From Intoshia linei (Eukaryota; Animalia; Orthonectida): a stretch of DNA of 37,248 bases. Positions 9,806 to 22,630 of this stretch are shown here, piece after piece. The stretch is from the NCBI GenBank assembly GCA_001642005.1, contig LWCA01000239.1:1-37248 (forward strand), read 5' to 3'. Both the position numbers and the translations under genes were made by a program. Positions within the stretch are counted from its first letter, which is position 1, and each line of letters starts with the position of its first letter. The notes beneath the pieces were generated by a model, which saw only the letters and a program-made list of their open reading frames with translations, was not told the DNA's origin and ran no database searches.

Positions 9806-12800
9806 TTATGTATTTATATCATTTGAATCTCTAAAATATAATGTATATTTAGTTTTTAAGTTAACCTGGCTAATGGACGAATTTTGTTTTGTCGTTTCAT
9901 TGAAAAGCAATATTTGGGGTTGTTTTGATTGCGAATATAATCATAGGTAGATATTTTGTTGAAATCTAAGTTAAAATTAAAGTTAAAAATTTACCCACAT
10001 ATTATACATTTTAGTATAACTTCTTTTTATGTCACTATTTTAGATTAAATCTCAAAATCTCAAATGCACTATTTTACTTAGAAGTAAATACTAAAACATA
10101 CATTTACAGTTAAAATTTGTTACGGCGTGACGCGCAAAAAATACGATAAAATTTGAACATCTGTTTTTTGATTATTCTTGTGAATATTAATTAATTGAGG
10201 TTGTGTAATAGATTGAATAGTCATAATAGAACCTAGTTAACAATTATTTACGAAATTCAAACAAATCTATTATTGTAATTAGACTATAAATTCGGTTCAA
10301 AATACGCATACAATATTACGGCGTTACAAATTGAATTTATTATTTACGTTATACATTTATAATATTAATAAATGTATAATAATGTAATATAACCACAAAA
10401 CGGTGATTCACCTTTATGTTCTAATAAATCAACAATTTAATTAACATTAATAAAAATATAATTCGAATTAACAACAATCATTATATATTTTAATTAATTT
10501 CATTAACTAATTGTTTGTTACAATTGTAACAATTACAATTATAATAATTGTTAATTAGTAAATGTTTTTAAATTCTAACCACATTATTTTTACGCACATC
10601 TGATAGTTTAATTTTCTCAACATTACCATGTACTCAGTACATTGTACTGTTATAATGTTACGTCAACATTGGCGTATTTATGATGCATTCCTTTTGAGAA
10701 TGTATTTTTAAATATAGTATATTTATTTTTTTATGTCAGAATTTCTTAATTGAGCCTTAATATTAAATTTTATATAATAGTTTTGTAATATCATGAAAAT
10801 ATACGATTTAAAGTAACAAATAACAGTAAAAAAAATTATGGTAACATATAACTTAAATTTACCGTTTGTTTAATTTATTTATGATAATCGCTCTAATATA
10901 TAATAATGTAATAGATTAAGGTTTAAAATAAAATCAATGTAAAGAAATGTGTTTTATAAATGGAATGTGTGAAAGGATAGATTATATATTAAACCTTATG
11001 TAAATATCCTACTTTTCTTAACCTTAGAAAACCACTACAAAATTTAAAGTAAATAGATTTTTTTTCTCTTAGGATTAAATTACATGGAATATTTGGATTA
11101 ATGTATCTAAATGTCCAGTTATTAAGTTTAGTCAGAATCATATTTTTTTAAAGTTTGATACATTTCAATTTATCCTTATTTCAAGGTGTCACAAATTATT
11201 TTAATTTTAAATTTAAATTATATCAGCGATTATTGCCTTAGATAACACATTAACCCACAGGTTAATTAATTTTTTTGGTAAACACAATTCATTTAAATAT
11301 TTAAATCCTAAACTATCAGCGATTTTTACTTAAAATCAACTAAATGTTGTTAATATTCGTATTCAATGACATTTCTATAAAATTTAAAATCACGTTAACG
11401 ACATGGAAAGAATTTAATTTATTTCGACGTCACAGTTTCAATTGAAATATCACAAGTTTCTTAATAGTGTCAAATTTAGTACAACTTAGTTATGGACTCT
11501 ATGATTCAATTTATCAACCATTTTTCCAAAAAATTATAGGTAACATAGTAAATCTTTAAATTTATGTTTTTCTAATCTTTTTCACGTTCACGTTTAGGAA
11601 AATTACAAAATGTCACATTCTAAAATAAATTTGGCAGCCTCTTATAATTTAAAAAAATTTTGTAATTAAGATTACAAATTTGTAAATGTGCTACCCATCT
11701 CTTATTTGGGTCTTACTTTAGGCTAAATCAACTCTTTATATATTTAGTGAAAATGGACTATTCACACTTTAATATCATATTTTATAATTTACATTATTAT
11801 TGTTAATAGTAAAATAATAAAAATTTTTGTTACTCATTTTTTCAAATTAAAAAAATTAAACTTACATAAAAATATATGAAAATGTAGTAATTGCATTAGT
11901 AGCACGTATATGATTGATGATACTATTAAATGTATAATACTAAATATCAGCCAATTTATCTTTGGAACGGATACGTAAAATATATGCCACGTTTCTAAAT
12001 ATAAATTAAATGATATAGTAATAATACGTACCGTCTTGGTGGTTCAAATAGGCATAGTAAGGTCGATTAAAATAACCGATAAACAAAATTATATGAATGA
12101 TAATAATAAATGTTAAACCTAATGTGGTAATTACAATGTTTAGAAAAAAGTATCTAAAATAAATTTTATAAGATTTAACCCAGAATAACAGTGATACAAT
12201 TTATAGTACCAATTTCATACCTTAAAAAAACGAACCAAACATACATATATAATATATATGTATATTCTACAATATTTCAGTTGATAATATAGAAATGGGT
12301 TATTCATTTATTGGTGGAAAAGGTTGGAAACCACATAACTACTTATAAAAAAAGAGTTGATATATTAAAATGTTTCTATTTTTCTAAAATTTACTGAGAC
12401 AGTATGATAACTTCCAAGTCGGAATTTCTAAGAACCTATTATTAATTCTGAAATTTTCAGATTTTTTTTTAGTTTTTGTAACTGAATGAATGAATGGTAC
12501 CACTTAACATGTACCTGTAATTTCTACCTCCGATACAGTTATTTAACCAGTAACAATGATGGTCGAAATTTACTATACATTTGTTACAAGCTCTGCAATG
12601 TTTAGTTTTTTGATTTGTGCTAGGATAAATATTACAAAATAGTAGAAAGTAAGAATTTACATTCTCGATTGGCAAATTTTACAAATCATGGTGGAATCAC
12701 CCCTAGTTCCAACTAGTGGGTCAATGGGATCGATGCAACTAGCAATAAAGTGGGTGATTGTGTAACAAATCATCATCAAAATTGTGATCTAGTCAAATAA

Positions 12801-12973
12801 TTGTATTGAAACTAATTCAAAATTACCGTCATAAAAATACTGTATTCTACAATTGGCATACCCGGTAAAATAGCGCATATTGTGCTTGTAGTAATATACA
12901 AAAATACACACCAAGAACAAATTTGCAGTGGATGCAATGGCAGTTCCAGGCCATTTTTGCGAGTCTCTTTCAT
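9806..12973 (-). CDS. ZDHHC11: DHHC palmitoyltransferase of the ZDHHC1/ZDHHC11 subfamily, 7 exons: 12973-12827, 12788-12661, 12619-12515, 12153-12032, 11994-11866, 9965-9866, 9830-9806 (251 aa)
   Basis: N-terminus '[14 protein letters not shown]' (ZDHHC1/11 RRNGWS.P.HPLQ), IDP motif, CRD 'CKIC...[33 protein letters not shown]', 'LLHFHIFL', and TTxE-like 'STYDYI' after the 1.9-kb intron. ZDHHC1 versus ZDHHC11 cannot be resolved. Confidence 0.9.
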
Positions 12974-13393
12974 AAATTTTATACCTAGTGTTTTTGGATA
13001 GTATATGATCACTTGCTTTATAATAGTTTTGTAATACAAATTTATCAAAATGGATTTTTGTGAAAGACTATGGTTGCTTATAAATAAAATATGTTTTATA
13101 AACACACAATATTTAGTTAAATGTAATATAAGTATTTAATTGAGATTTTATAATTGTTAATTTATTGTATTATTTATTTTGTTAAGTAATGTAGAAACGC
13201 ATTGCATTGTTTTCCATGTTATTCTCGGTATACACATTTTTTAATTTATTCAGTATTAGCGATATAAAGGATAATAAAGTTAATAACTAACTTAAGAAAA
13301 TGGTATACCCACATCAAGGTTGAAGAATTATTAATTAATAATAAATATAAATTAATCATTATAATTAAGAGCTATTATACATAATATTTACAT

Positions 13394-13675
13394 CAGGGGT
13401 CGGCAACCAGTGGTCCACAAAATAATTTTGATGGTCCTTTGAGTAAATGTGTAAATTATTTATTTTTAAACTTTTAATCGATTTTTACCATAATTTGCTT
13501 ATTTTAACTCGGAATTTTTAAATCTCACTGGATATTATTTTGTTAAATATATTAGAACCGTTTTTTTTCATTTAAAATTGAAATTTATCATGTATACATT
13601 TTCAAAAACGGGGCTCGTATAATTTTTTGATAAATAAAGAGTGCCTCACGAGATGCAAAAGGTTGCAGATCCCTG
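13394..13675. mobile_element. hAT/Buster-type MITE
   Basis: TIRs CAGGGGTCGGCAACC / GGTTGCAGATCCCTG; perfect TSD atttacat. Confidence 0.88.
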
Positions 13676-14492
13676 ATTTACATGGATGTATATACATTTT
13701 TAGTAGTATGTATATTTTGGATGCATGACCCAAATTAACAATTAAGGAGGTAATATATTTTTCAATAAATATTAACGCGCCATTTATTTTTAACAATTGA
13801 TTATTATTGATTATTTTTAACAATTAAATTTTTAATAAAATACATTTGTATGTCAACTTTTTATTTTATTAAAATCAATCGAATCAAATTAGCATCGAAC
13901 TTTGAAAATAAATATTTATCGATTAAATAAATATCGAATTTTGATATAAATAAATAACCAGTGAAATTTTAAATTGATAATAAAATCAATTAATTTATCG
14001 ATTTATTATCATTGTACATAATGTACCAGAACAATATTAAATACTACAAAAATTAGAATTTTGAAATGTATTTCACTTTTACGAAAACATTTATTAATAA
14101 CGAAAACATACACTTCGTTTCATTTAAGTCGATAAAAATCAAAATTGTGACTTTTTGTCTTAGCTTTTGGTGTAGAATTCATGATAAAGGAACTAAAATG
14201 TTAATATAAAATTTTAAATACGTAGTTAGGTACACTATTTGTCCACTGTCGTGATAAGGTCAAATTAAAATTAATTATGTATCATTTTTATTTAATCTTA
14301 TTATATTCTTTGTGGGCTCATTTTGTTTTAATTGGTAAGGTTTATTTTATTATTTTAAACGATGAAATGCTTTTTAAATTTTAAACAGTTCGACCTGGAC
14401 ACATCAGAGCACTGCAGTTTATTACAATTATTATATTTCTAATTACTATAAAAGTAATTATTTTAAAAATGTTTTAACATTGTATCAAATAT

Positions 14493-17400
14493 TTAAATAT
14501 ACATATCGGAATCTTCATAACTGGTTGTATTTTCAAGTGTCTTTAATGTAAAATGGTAAATAATAGATTAAATTAATAAATTATATTTACTTGATTATCA
14601 AAAGTTTCATCTATTGAACTCAATTTGGAACATTTCTCAAATCCTTCATATCGATCACTAATATACAATGATTAATATTATAATATGAGGATCCTTATGA
14701 TCTATAGCAGGGGTCGTCATAGGGATCGATTTTGACTTTTTGGGGGTCGAAAAGTGTATGAGGGTCAATTTGATTAAAACTAATTAAATTTTATTAAAAA
14801 ATATAAAAATAGATCTAAATTTTAAATGTAATTTAAATTTCAATGAAATATAAAATATTATATTATGCAATATCACCAACGAAATGTATGAGTAGTAAAT
14901 AATTAATAAATAATGTTAAGTACACTTCTTATCAATTTTTTATTGTACATATAAAGATTCATTAATTTTTTTTGCAAATTTATTTGAATTGATTGAAAAT
15001 TATTCTGATGTCTGCAAAAAAAAATGTTGCTAATATTCTCAATAATATTTGAATATAGAATTCATACCCTCACCATCTAATCCAATTAAAATAATGTGCT
15101 TATTATGCAAAAAAATATTTAGCAATGATGCTATAAAAATGAAAATGCTTCTAAGATGAAAGATCACTTGTATCGATCCATCCAGATAAATGTGAAAAAA
15201 ATGCTGATTATTTCAAAATATTAAAAACTGAGTACGAAACCTTAAATAAAATTCCAAATTTTTTAAAACCTTGCATAGCTACAAAACCAATTTATGGATT
15301 AAAGGCGTCCTACAATATATTTTTATTAATTGCTAAAAATGGTAAACCTAATAATATTGCTCAAAATGTAATATTACCTGCTTTAAAAGAAGTCGTTAGA
15401 TTAGAAAAAAATTTTGGGGGTCGATTTACTAAAAATCGTGACGTCCCCTGATCTATAGAATCTAATGTATGACATAAATCAGTGGTTCCCAAACTTAATT
15501 TTTTTACCACCCTCGAATGTTAAGCAATATATAATACTATTAATACTCATTATTTTTCGTATGAAAAAGTGTATTATTTTCTGTGTTTAAATAGGTAATT
15601 TCTTTTTTCAGTTATGACCTGACCTGATATTACTATATAATATATATATGACTATATATTCTGACCTGATGTCAATTATTATGGTTACATATTTAATAAA
15701 TTTTAATTTTTATAGACAAATAAACATAAATGTTAATCCTAAAAACATCATCTTATTTCTAACTTATTACAATATCTGTATTATAATATTGAAATATAAT
15801 ATTAATTCCAAAATATAATTATATATAATAAAATTTATTAGACATCTTTAAAAAATTGTTTTAAAAAACATAGTGCATAAATACTTTCATTTGAAAGCCT
15901 TGATCTAATTTTAGTTAGAAATAAACCAACTGATAAAAATGTTCTTTCTGCTTCCACACTTGTCGCTTGAATAGACAATATAGACCTATATAATAATTCT
16001 AAAGGTTGAGTTCTTAGTTGTGTAATTTCGTAACATTTTAATACAGTGCTGACAAGCACTGCTGATGTTATTATTGATAGGTATGATGTTCGTATTCATG
16101 GCATACATGTATTCTTTTCAAAATTGAAATTGATTATCATTATTTAAAATATCGTGATCTATTTGGGGTTCACGGAATTGTTTTTTTTCACTAAAATTGT
16201 CGTCAATATTCAATCTTTTAAGTTCTATTTCTATATTTGATATTATTATTTTTTAGGCAAATAATGGAAAAATACTATCCCTCATATTTCTAAAATCATG
16301 TAGATATGATATAATAGAATTTGTTTTTATACTTCTACGTGATGTATATCGTTTAAAAATAGAGTCATAAAATTTTAAGGAAATAGATGTATTAATTGAT
16401 TTAAGTAGAAATTGCGCGTAGATGATTCTGCATCAAAAACATTAGTATTTTTAGAGTACATATTTTTTGTAACAACTTCTATAGGACTTAAAACATCTAT
16501 AAGATGTTGTAAAGTTGTTAATTCTGTTTTGTTAATTGTATACGTTGATCCAATTACTCTGAGAGCTTTATGTAATACAATTATTTAGTTTTATAAACCG
16601 TGTTATCATAGGTAATAGACTATTCCATCTAATTTTAATGTCGATTAATAGATTCATTTCTTTACTAAATTCGCTATAAACGAAATCTTGCAATTTTTCG
16701 TTTTTAATCGAGGATTTTCTAAAAATTTTACTAATTGTTCTTACTTTATCTATAATTTTTTTATAGTTTTCGTTTAATTTAAAATTAGTTATGTTTTCAA
16801 TATATTCGAAATCGTCAAATTCTTCTACATCGATGTCTTCGCTTTCACTATCTGAATCCGAAAGATTATTATCATTATTTGAGGTGCATAGTGTATCACT
16901 TATCGCTAAATGGATTGTGTGAGCTATACCGATTTGGTGAAGTGGTTCAATATCTTTTCCAGATTTAACCATAACTGACGCTCCATCTATTGTATATCCA
17001 ACTATGTGTTTATTTAGATAAATATTGAATTCTTTTAATTTTTTGGAAAGTATTTCAATCAGTTTAGTACTACAAATTGAACCATTTAACTTCATAAGAC
17101 CCTATGACTAATGTTTTCCTTTCTCATGAACATTAATGTTTATGTAGCGTTTGTTTTTAATGGAAGTGTACTCATCTAGGGCTAGGGAATACCTAGTGCC
17201 CAATTCAATTTGTTCTTTAAAATATTTTGGTAATTGTTGTTTTTTGTCAGCAGCAAATCTCACAATAATATTTTTTACGGAAGAATGACTCTTTGGTGGT
17301 AAATTATCATAATTATATTTTTTAAAAGATTCCTGAATGAATGAATTCTTGGCTATAACGTTAAATCTTAATCCATCTTTACAATTTTACAAGCTAGCCG

Positions 17401-19792
17401 CGCAACATCTTTATCTTTTATTTATTTTTTGTATTTTAAAATTAAATTAACCGGTTATCAACACTAGTAATAAGTAATCACTATCGATTAATGTATAAGC
17501 TTATATTACGTCCATTTTTATTTTAAATATAAAATAATTAGTGTAATTAATGGTGTAACTATAATTTTTTTATAATACGTGTATAATAATAAGATAATTT
17601 ATATTAAACGTGAATAGTAGATACGTGCGCGTTAATAAATATAAATGTATAATAAAACTAAAATTTTACAATTGAATGGGTCGTTTCCTGTCACTATGGT
17701 ATTCTGATGGTACCATTGATATATCTGTACTGGTTGTAACATCATTTGTTTCGTAGATTTCATTTTTTTCCAATTTTTTTTTGCTACAAGATTAAATATT
17801 AAATTATAGTAGATTCACCCTTTCACTGTCTAATGCAATTTTATGTATTATCACCAGACGCCTGGAATTTATGTTTTAATTTAAACTTGTATTATTTTTA
17901 AATTACATATGTGAAAATGTATGAAAATAAAAGAATAAGGTTTTTTTTAAAATTATGCTGTGTATATCATAGAATACACAGACGTGTGAAGTGAAATTGC
18001 TGTGTATAGTATAGAATACATAGACAGTGAAAGAGTTAAAATACATACAAGTCAAATCTATTCAATTTATCAACAAATTAACAATAGCGTATTATTTTAT
18101 ATTATCATTAAATGTTTAGTAAAATATTATATACATTGTATCAAGGTGGCAAGTTGCTACTTAATAATTAAAGGTAGAACTAATTTGGATGACTAATGAG
18201 AGTAAATATTTTTGTATACTACATTGTAAATGAAATATAACAATCGATTTTTTAGACAATATGTGTGAGGTTAATCTTTTTTTTAACACTGTTCCAAAAT
18301 TTTATAAATTAGGTCCAAATACTGATAAAGTTGCGTGTGATAGTTTTATGATAATCGTGAAAAGAAAAAAAATTTTTAAAATTTTTAGTGGAAGAGCTTG
18401 CCATTTTAAAAATTTCATACCAAAATGTTCTACAAAAACTAAAATATAACTTTATTTACTGGATTGTTACGATGAGATCCTGTATTTATGTTTTGAGTGG
18501 TCTTGTGTTGGTCGTTATGTTTGATTGTTCATTTTGCACCTTTAAATTTAATTCTACCTCGTTTACTTATTATTTTATAGATGTTTAAAGTTCTTATAAT
18601 TTTATAAAAATTTTCACTAAAAATAAAAAAATAAGGTAGAATTGAATTTAAAGATGCAAAGTGAATAACCAAACATAATGAACTACACAAGACCACTCAA
18701 AACATAAATATAGGATCTCATCATAACATTCCAGTAAATAAAGTTATATTTTAGTTTTTGTAGAACATTTTTGTATGAAATTTTTAAAATGGCAAGCTCT
18801 TCCACTAAAAATTTTCTGTACATTTAACTCTTTGAATAATATTAATTTGACACCTTGATATATCCTTGTAAATAAATAACCTAACAGAATTGAATGGCTT
18901 ATATAACGTAGGCTCTTCTAACAAAATATCATCAATAGAAGAGTACTAAAATTATTTTTGTACTAGTTGTTATAATGTGTAATAATAACATATTACATAG
19001 TATAATTTATAATAATTATTTATATAACCAAGGCGGCATTTTAACCTATAAAAAATGTAACTTATACAAAAGATTTATGTAACTTTAACATATAAAAAAT
19101 AAAAAACCTCAACATTTTTTTTAATTTTGGACCCAGTGGCACCTTAAGACAACAATTAAATAATAGTGAGTTGTAAATAGTGAATTGTAAAATAATTATA
19201 ATTGTATAATAAAATACTATCAACATAAATTACCACAAAAGATTTGTTTATGTGTGATTCACATCTAAATAAAATTATATTTAGTAACTAGTAAATTTTA
19301 AATTTTAGAGTCTAAAAAAATGAATTAACTAATCTAATAAAAAATTTGTATATCTCTATTGTTTTTATTTGATCTAACCTATTCCTAGCTCTCCATTACA
19401 CGACTGAGCCAGTCAAACTGGCTATTCATTAATACATCGCACTTATATTTTTATTGATAAAAAACTGACCATATATTTTTTTACTCACATTTTTATACCG
19501 TAGATTTAAAATATGGATGGAAAGTTTAAAATGTAAATTACTGTAATGAAAAGTAAAACATGGTAAATATTATTAACCTATCAAGTGTTTCTCTAACAAT
19601 TGCATCGATTGATTCATTAGCATCATCAAAAATATCATCATCATAATTGTGTTTCCTTTTACATATCTTTGAATATCTATCAATATATTATTTTGTACTT
19701 TGTTTTCGTAAGAATTTAAAAACAAGATATTACCTTGTATAACTACCTCCAGAATAATTTTTGAATTTTTTATTATAATTTATATATGTCAT
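14493..19792 (-). CDS. Hypothetical protein, 7-exon model: 19792-19734, 19676-19578, 19264-19234, 18945-18881, 17783-17670, 14657-14591, 14540-14493 (3' end uncertain)
   Basis: Six consecutive GT-AG introns with matching phases (2,2,0,2,2,0) give an open ~160-aa hydrophilic protein MTYINYNKKFKNYSGGSYTRYSKICKRKHNYDDDIFDD...SDRKRPIQFDRYEGFEKC.... It lies head-to-head with MRPL17. No family recognised. Confidence 0.6.
14708..15450 (+). mobile_element. Internally deleted hAT/Buster (ZBED5-like) transposon
   Basis: TIRs CAGGGGTCGTCA / TGACGTCCCCTG, perfect TSD atctatag. Internal decayed BED finger 'IMCLLCKKIFSNDA...SKMKDHL...HPDK' and 'ASYNIFLLIAKNGKP'. Confidence 0.9.
15838..17410 (-). pseudogene. 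Degraded hAT transposase (Ac/Tip100-like) inside intron 5 of the hypothetical gene
   Basis: Fragments 'SLALDEYTS', 'IVGYTIDGASVM', 'IAHTIHLAI', 'LLIDIKIRWNSLLPMITRF' and 'SIQATSVEAERTFLSVG...RSRLSNESIYALCFLK', interrupted by stops and frameshifts. Confidence 0.9.
17818..18035. mobile_element. piggyBac-like MITE
   Basis: TIRs CCCTTTCACTGTCTA / TAGACAGTGAAAGAG, flanked by TTCA and TTAA; subterminal direct repeat gctgtgtata...atagaataca x2. Confidence 0.7.
18142..18857. mobile_element. Non-autonomous element with CAAGGTG(G/T)CA termini (possibly P-like)
   Basis: CAAGGTGGCAAG at 18142 and TTTGACACCTTG ending at 18857 are inverted. No clean TSD. Confidence 0.45.
18386..18807. mobile_element. Foldback MITE with ~175-bp inverted arms
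   Basis: TAGTGGAAGAGCTTGCCATTTT...ttctacct (to ~18559) is the near-perfect reverse complement of 18634-18807. Both sides are flanked by the 8-mer aaaatttt. Confidence 0.9.
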
Positions 19793-20005
19793 TTTGAATG
19801 GATAACAGCGAGTGATAAAAGAATACAGATAAATTAACAACAATCTACAATATTACCTGTTGTCCAATAATTAATATATTATAAAAAATGGCGCCTACTA
19901 TTTCATTGGTTGTTGTTAAAATAATATGAAAAGTATCAATAAAGTAAATTTTATATTGGAATTTAATTTGAAATTTTTATTGTAGATTATTTAAGAGTTT
20001 TAAAA
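19793..20005. promoter_or_regulatory. Bidirectional promoter with a YY1-like AAAATGGCG motif
   Basis: 213 bp between divergent ATGs; aaaatggcgcc at ~19885-19895 is a rare GC-containing island. Confidence 0.45.
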
Positions 20006-21082
20006 ATGAGGTAATGAATTATTAATTAACTTATTTCGTTTTAAGAATATTTTAATTAATTAGTTCCCTGTCATTTCGTTATGCTAAGAAAATGCTTCCA
20101 ATGAAACGAACTCATGGGTTAGGAAGTGGTTTGTCGATGAGGATGGTTAAATTGAAAGAGCTAGTCAGTTCATTATACCGAAATGAGCGAATTGATGGTT
20201 ATTCTCCATATTTGCATGAAGCCAGATGCTACGCGGAACGGGTTACATGCAATTTTTAACAAAGTATTATTTATCCAGTTCGCTAACGAAACTTGACAGT
20301 GTCATGTTGACTTATAGTATTTTGGTGAAATAGATAAAATATAATTATAGAAACCACATATAGTACTGTTACATTTTATTAGAAATTTTTTATAGCTTGG
20401 TCCCCTGTTAAAACAAATTTCCATAAATTTTATGGTGATGTACAGAATTGGCGAATTTTACGGATAATACTGTATAATATATTAAAAAAAATGATAATAT
20501 TTTTAGATGGTTCATCTTGCACGTGTATATGGAAATAGACACGAACCTACCATGGAAATGTTAGATTATTGGTTTGAGGTAATTTTTGTTAACCCTTTGC
20601 ATTTTTGAAATATTCATTTTAATGCTAACTTGCATAATTTTACATTGCCACTACATTGGTTTTATTACCCATGTCATACTCTTAAAATGTACCCAGTTCT
20701 ATGTTATTCATGTCATTTATGCAATGAGTAAGTTTATAAAAAATGAACAGGTTTTCTAAATTTGCCTTTAATTATAAATTAAAATTATGTAGGACAAAAA
20801 ACTAGTAAGAAAATTATTTGAAGTTTATGTGCCACGATATGAAAAATATCCTGGAAGTATTACTAAGATTTGGCATTTACCCTCACTTACATGGCCTGTT
20901 CCAAAAACAATGGCAGTTTTAGAAATGAAGGGTATACTTTTTTTTTAGTTTTAGTTTAATTTATTTTAGGTAATAGTTTACCAAAAATTGTAGATTCAAA
21001 GACTGTGGATAATGAAAACTGCCTAGTTAACATTTTAATAAATTCTGCAAGACTAGAATCTATCGAAAAGAAAGAATCATAA
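20006..21082 (+). CDS. MRPL17: Mitochondrial ribosomal protein L17 (bL17m), exons 20006-20010, 20064-20241, 20507-20578, 20793-20931, 20970-21082
   Basis: 'RMVKLKELVSSLYRNERID...EARCYAER...MEMLDYWFEDKKLVRKLFEVYVPRY...MAVLEMKGNSLP' matches MRPL17/bL17 throughout. Confidence 0.95.
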
Positions 21083-21460
21083 TTATTATACATTAAATGT
21101 AAATCACCGTACTGATCATATGTGTAGTTTTAAACATACTTTTTAACTAGATTATGATATCGGCTTATTTTTCCAATTTACATTAAAAAAATTATATACA
21201 AATTATGTACTTGAATATCATAATTATTTTGTTTAAATTTAAAATATCAAATCAAGAGCCTTAGAGAAGTCGTGAAGTAAGAGTGGCTATATGGCACTGA
21301 ATTGCAAAGTTTGAAAAATTGTTTATTTTCGGTGGCCTCGAGTTTGATTCTGGGTCGGTGGTCCCCATAATATATAGCTAGTAGCGACTCGCTACTGTAC
21401 CTAAGATTATATGTAACAAAATAAAGATGTATACAGTTGTCATGTAATAAAGTTCATTGC

Positions 21461-21653
21461 ATGGATCCTGTCATCAGAAGTATTTTGTACATGTTGATAT
21501 AAAAATATGTTATCTTAAAGTTAATTTAGGTGCATTTCCTTTACAATTACTACAGTTTCTTGTGTTTATTATCTTACAAATACAGGTTTTGATAAAAAGA
21601 AACAAAATATAACGAATTTGCGAGCAAATTTGATTGCTGAATATACAAAAAGA
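21461..21653 (+). CDS. Putative small single-pass membrane protein (exons 21461-21486, 21530-21653; last exon unresolved)
   Basis: A 43-nt GT-AG intron gives MDPVIRSILCISFTITTVSCVYYLTNTGFDKKKQNITNLRANLIAEYTKR, followed by a canonical GTAAGT donor. The layout is loosely like UQCC3/Cbp4-type mitochondrial assembly factors. Confidence 0.4.
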
Positions 21654-22630
21654 GTAAGTTTTATTTATACTGACTTGTCTAGCAGCTAACTTTGTCAAGG
21701 GGGAACGTTTCTTTACATATTTTTCTAAATACGACTCTATATGTAGGGAACATTGAAATTTCGAAAATTTTCATATTCACTACAAATTAATTAATATATT
21801 AATGTCAAAATCTCTAAAAACTATAATTGAATAGGAAATCCTCGATGTGGGGCATACTCATGTTTTTGGGCACTTTTTCAGAATTATGTTAATTTTATAG
21901 TATTTCTATCGATGGCATAGCAATATATGTGAAATTAACCCCTATTTTGGGGCAAAAATGTTGTAAATATAAAATATATAAGTATAATTCCTATAGTGAT
22001 GACATTAAATTAAAATTACAGTGGTTTATGTTCAATATGAATTCACGCTTATATGAATTTCATGAAAATAAAAATTAGATTTGTATAGTATTTATTATGA
22101 GAAAAAATTTTTAATATGAATTTCATATTTGACATCATGCTATTTTCTTTGATTAAATCAACGACACTACTACTTTTATGAATAATCGATTTAATAAAAT
22201 TTTCCATAAATGTTTACATACACACTATAAGTCTGATAGTATAAGTTATATTCGAAATCGTCAAATCAAAGTTAAAACTTTCAGTTTTACTGTAATTATT
22301 TTCTTGTTTGTTTTTCTACGAACATTTATATCAAGCGACTAAAGCTCTAGTGGACTAGATTTTTATTAAACGCTGTTTATATTTCAGTTATTTCATAATA
22401 ATTGCATACATTAGCCGCCCTACATTAAAAAATGTCTTTTTATATAGCTCTGAAAATGTGTCTGTAATGATTTCATAAACATGATTAGATTTCACCACAT
22501 AACTTGTTAACATTACTTGTTATAATGCAATTACATGATCCATGATAATTGGGTGCCCTTTATTTTTATTAACATAAAATTAAATGTAAATTATGATTTA
22601 CAAAAAATATAATGACATTTTAGATTCAAG

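Noticed and set aside
13602-13823. 73-aa minus-strand ORF
   Set aside because: Runs across a MITE terminus and TSD; chance ORF in AT-rich DNA.
18002-18588. Three 62-66 aa plus-strand ORFs
   Set aside because: They span MITE and foldback boundaries and have no recognisable motifs.
19489-19540. Alternative exon candidate (NLHFKLSIHILNLRYKN) in the orphan gene
   Set aside because: It has the same phases (2>0) as exon 19264-19234, so it could be mutually exclusive, but it cannot be supported without reads; left out of the model.
21510-21698. 62-aa minus-strand ORF
   Set aside because: Non-ATG start; the plus strand has better splice-bounded exons.
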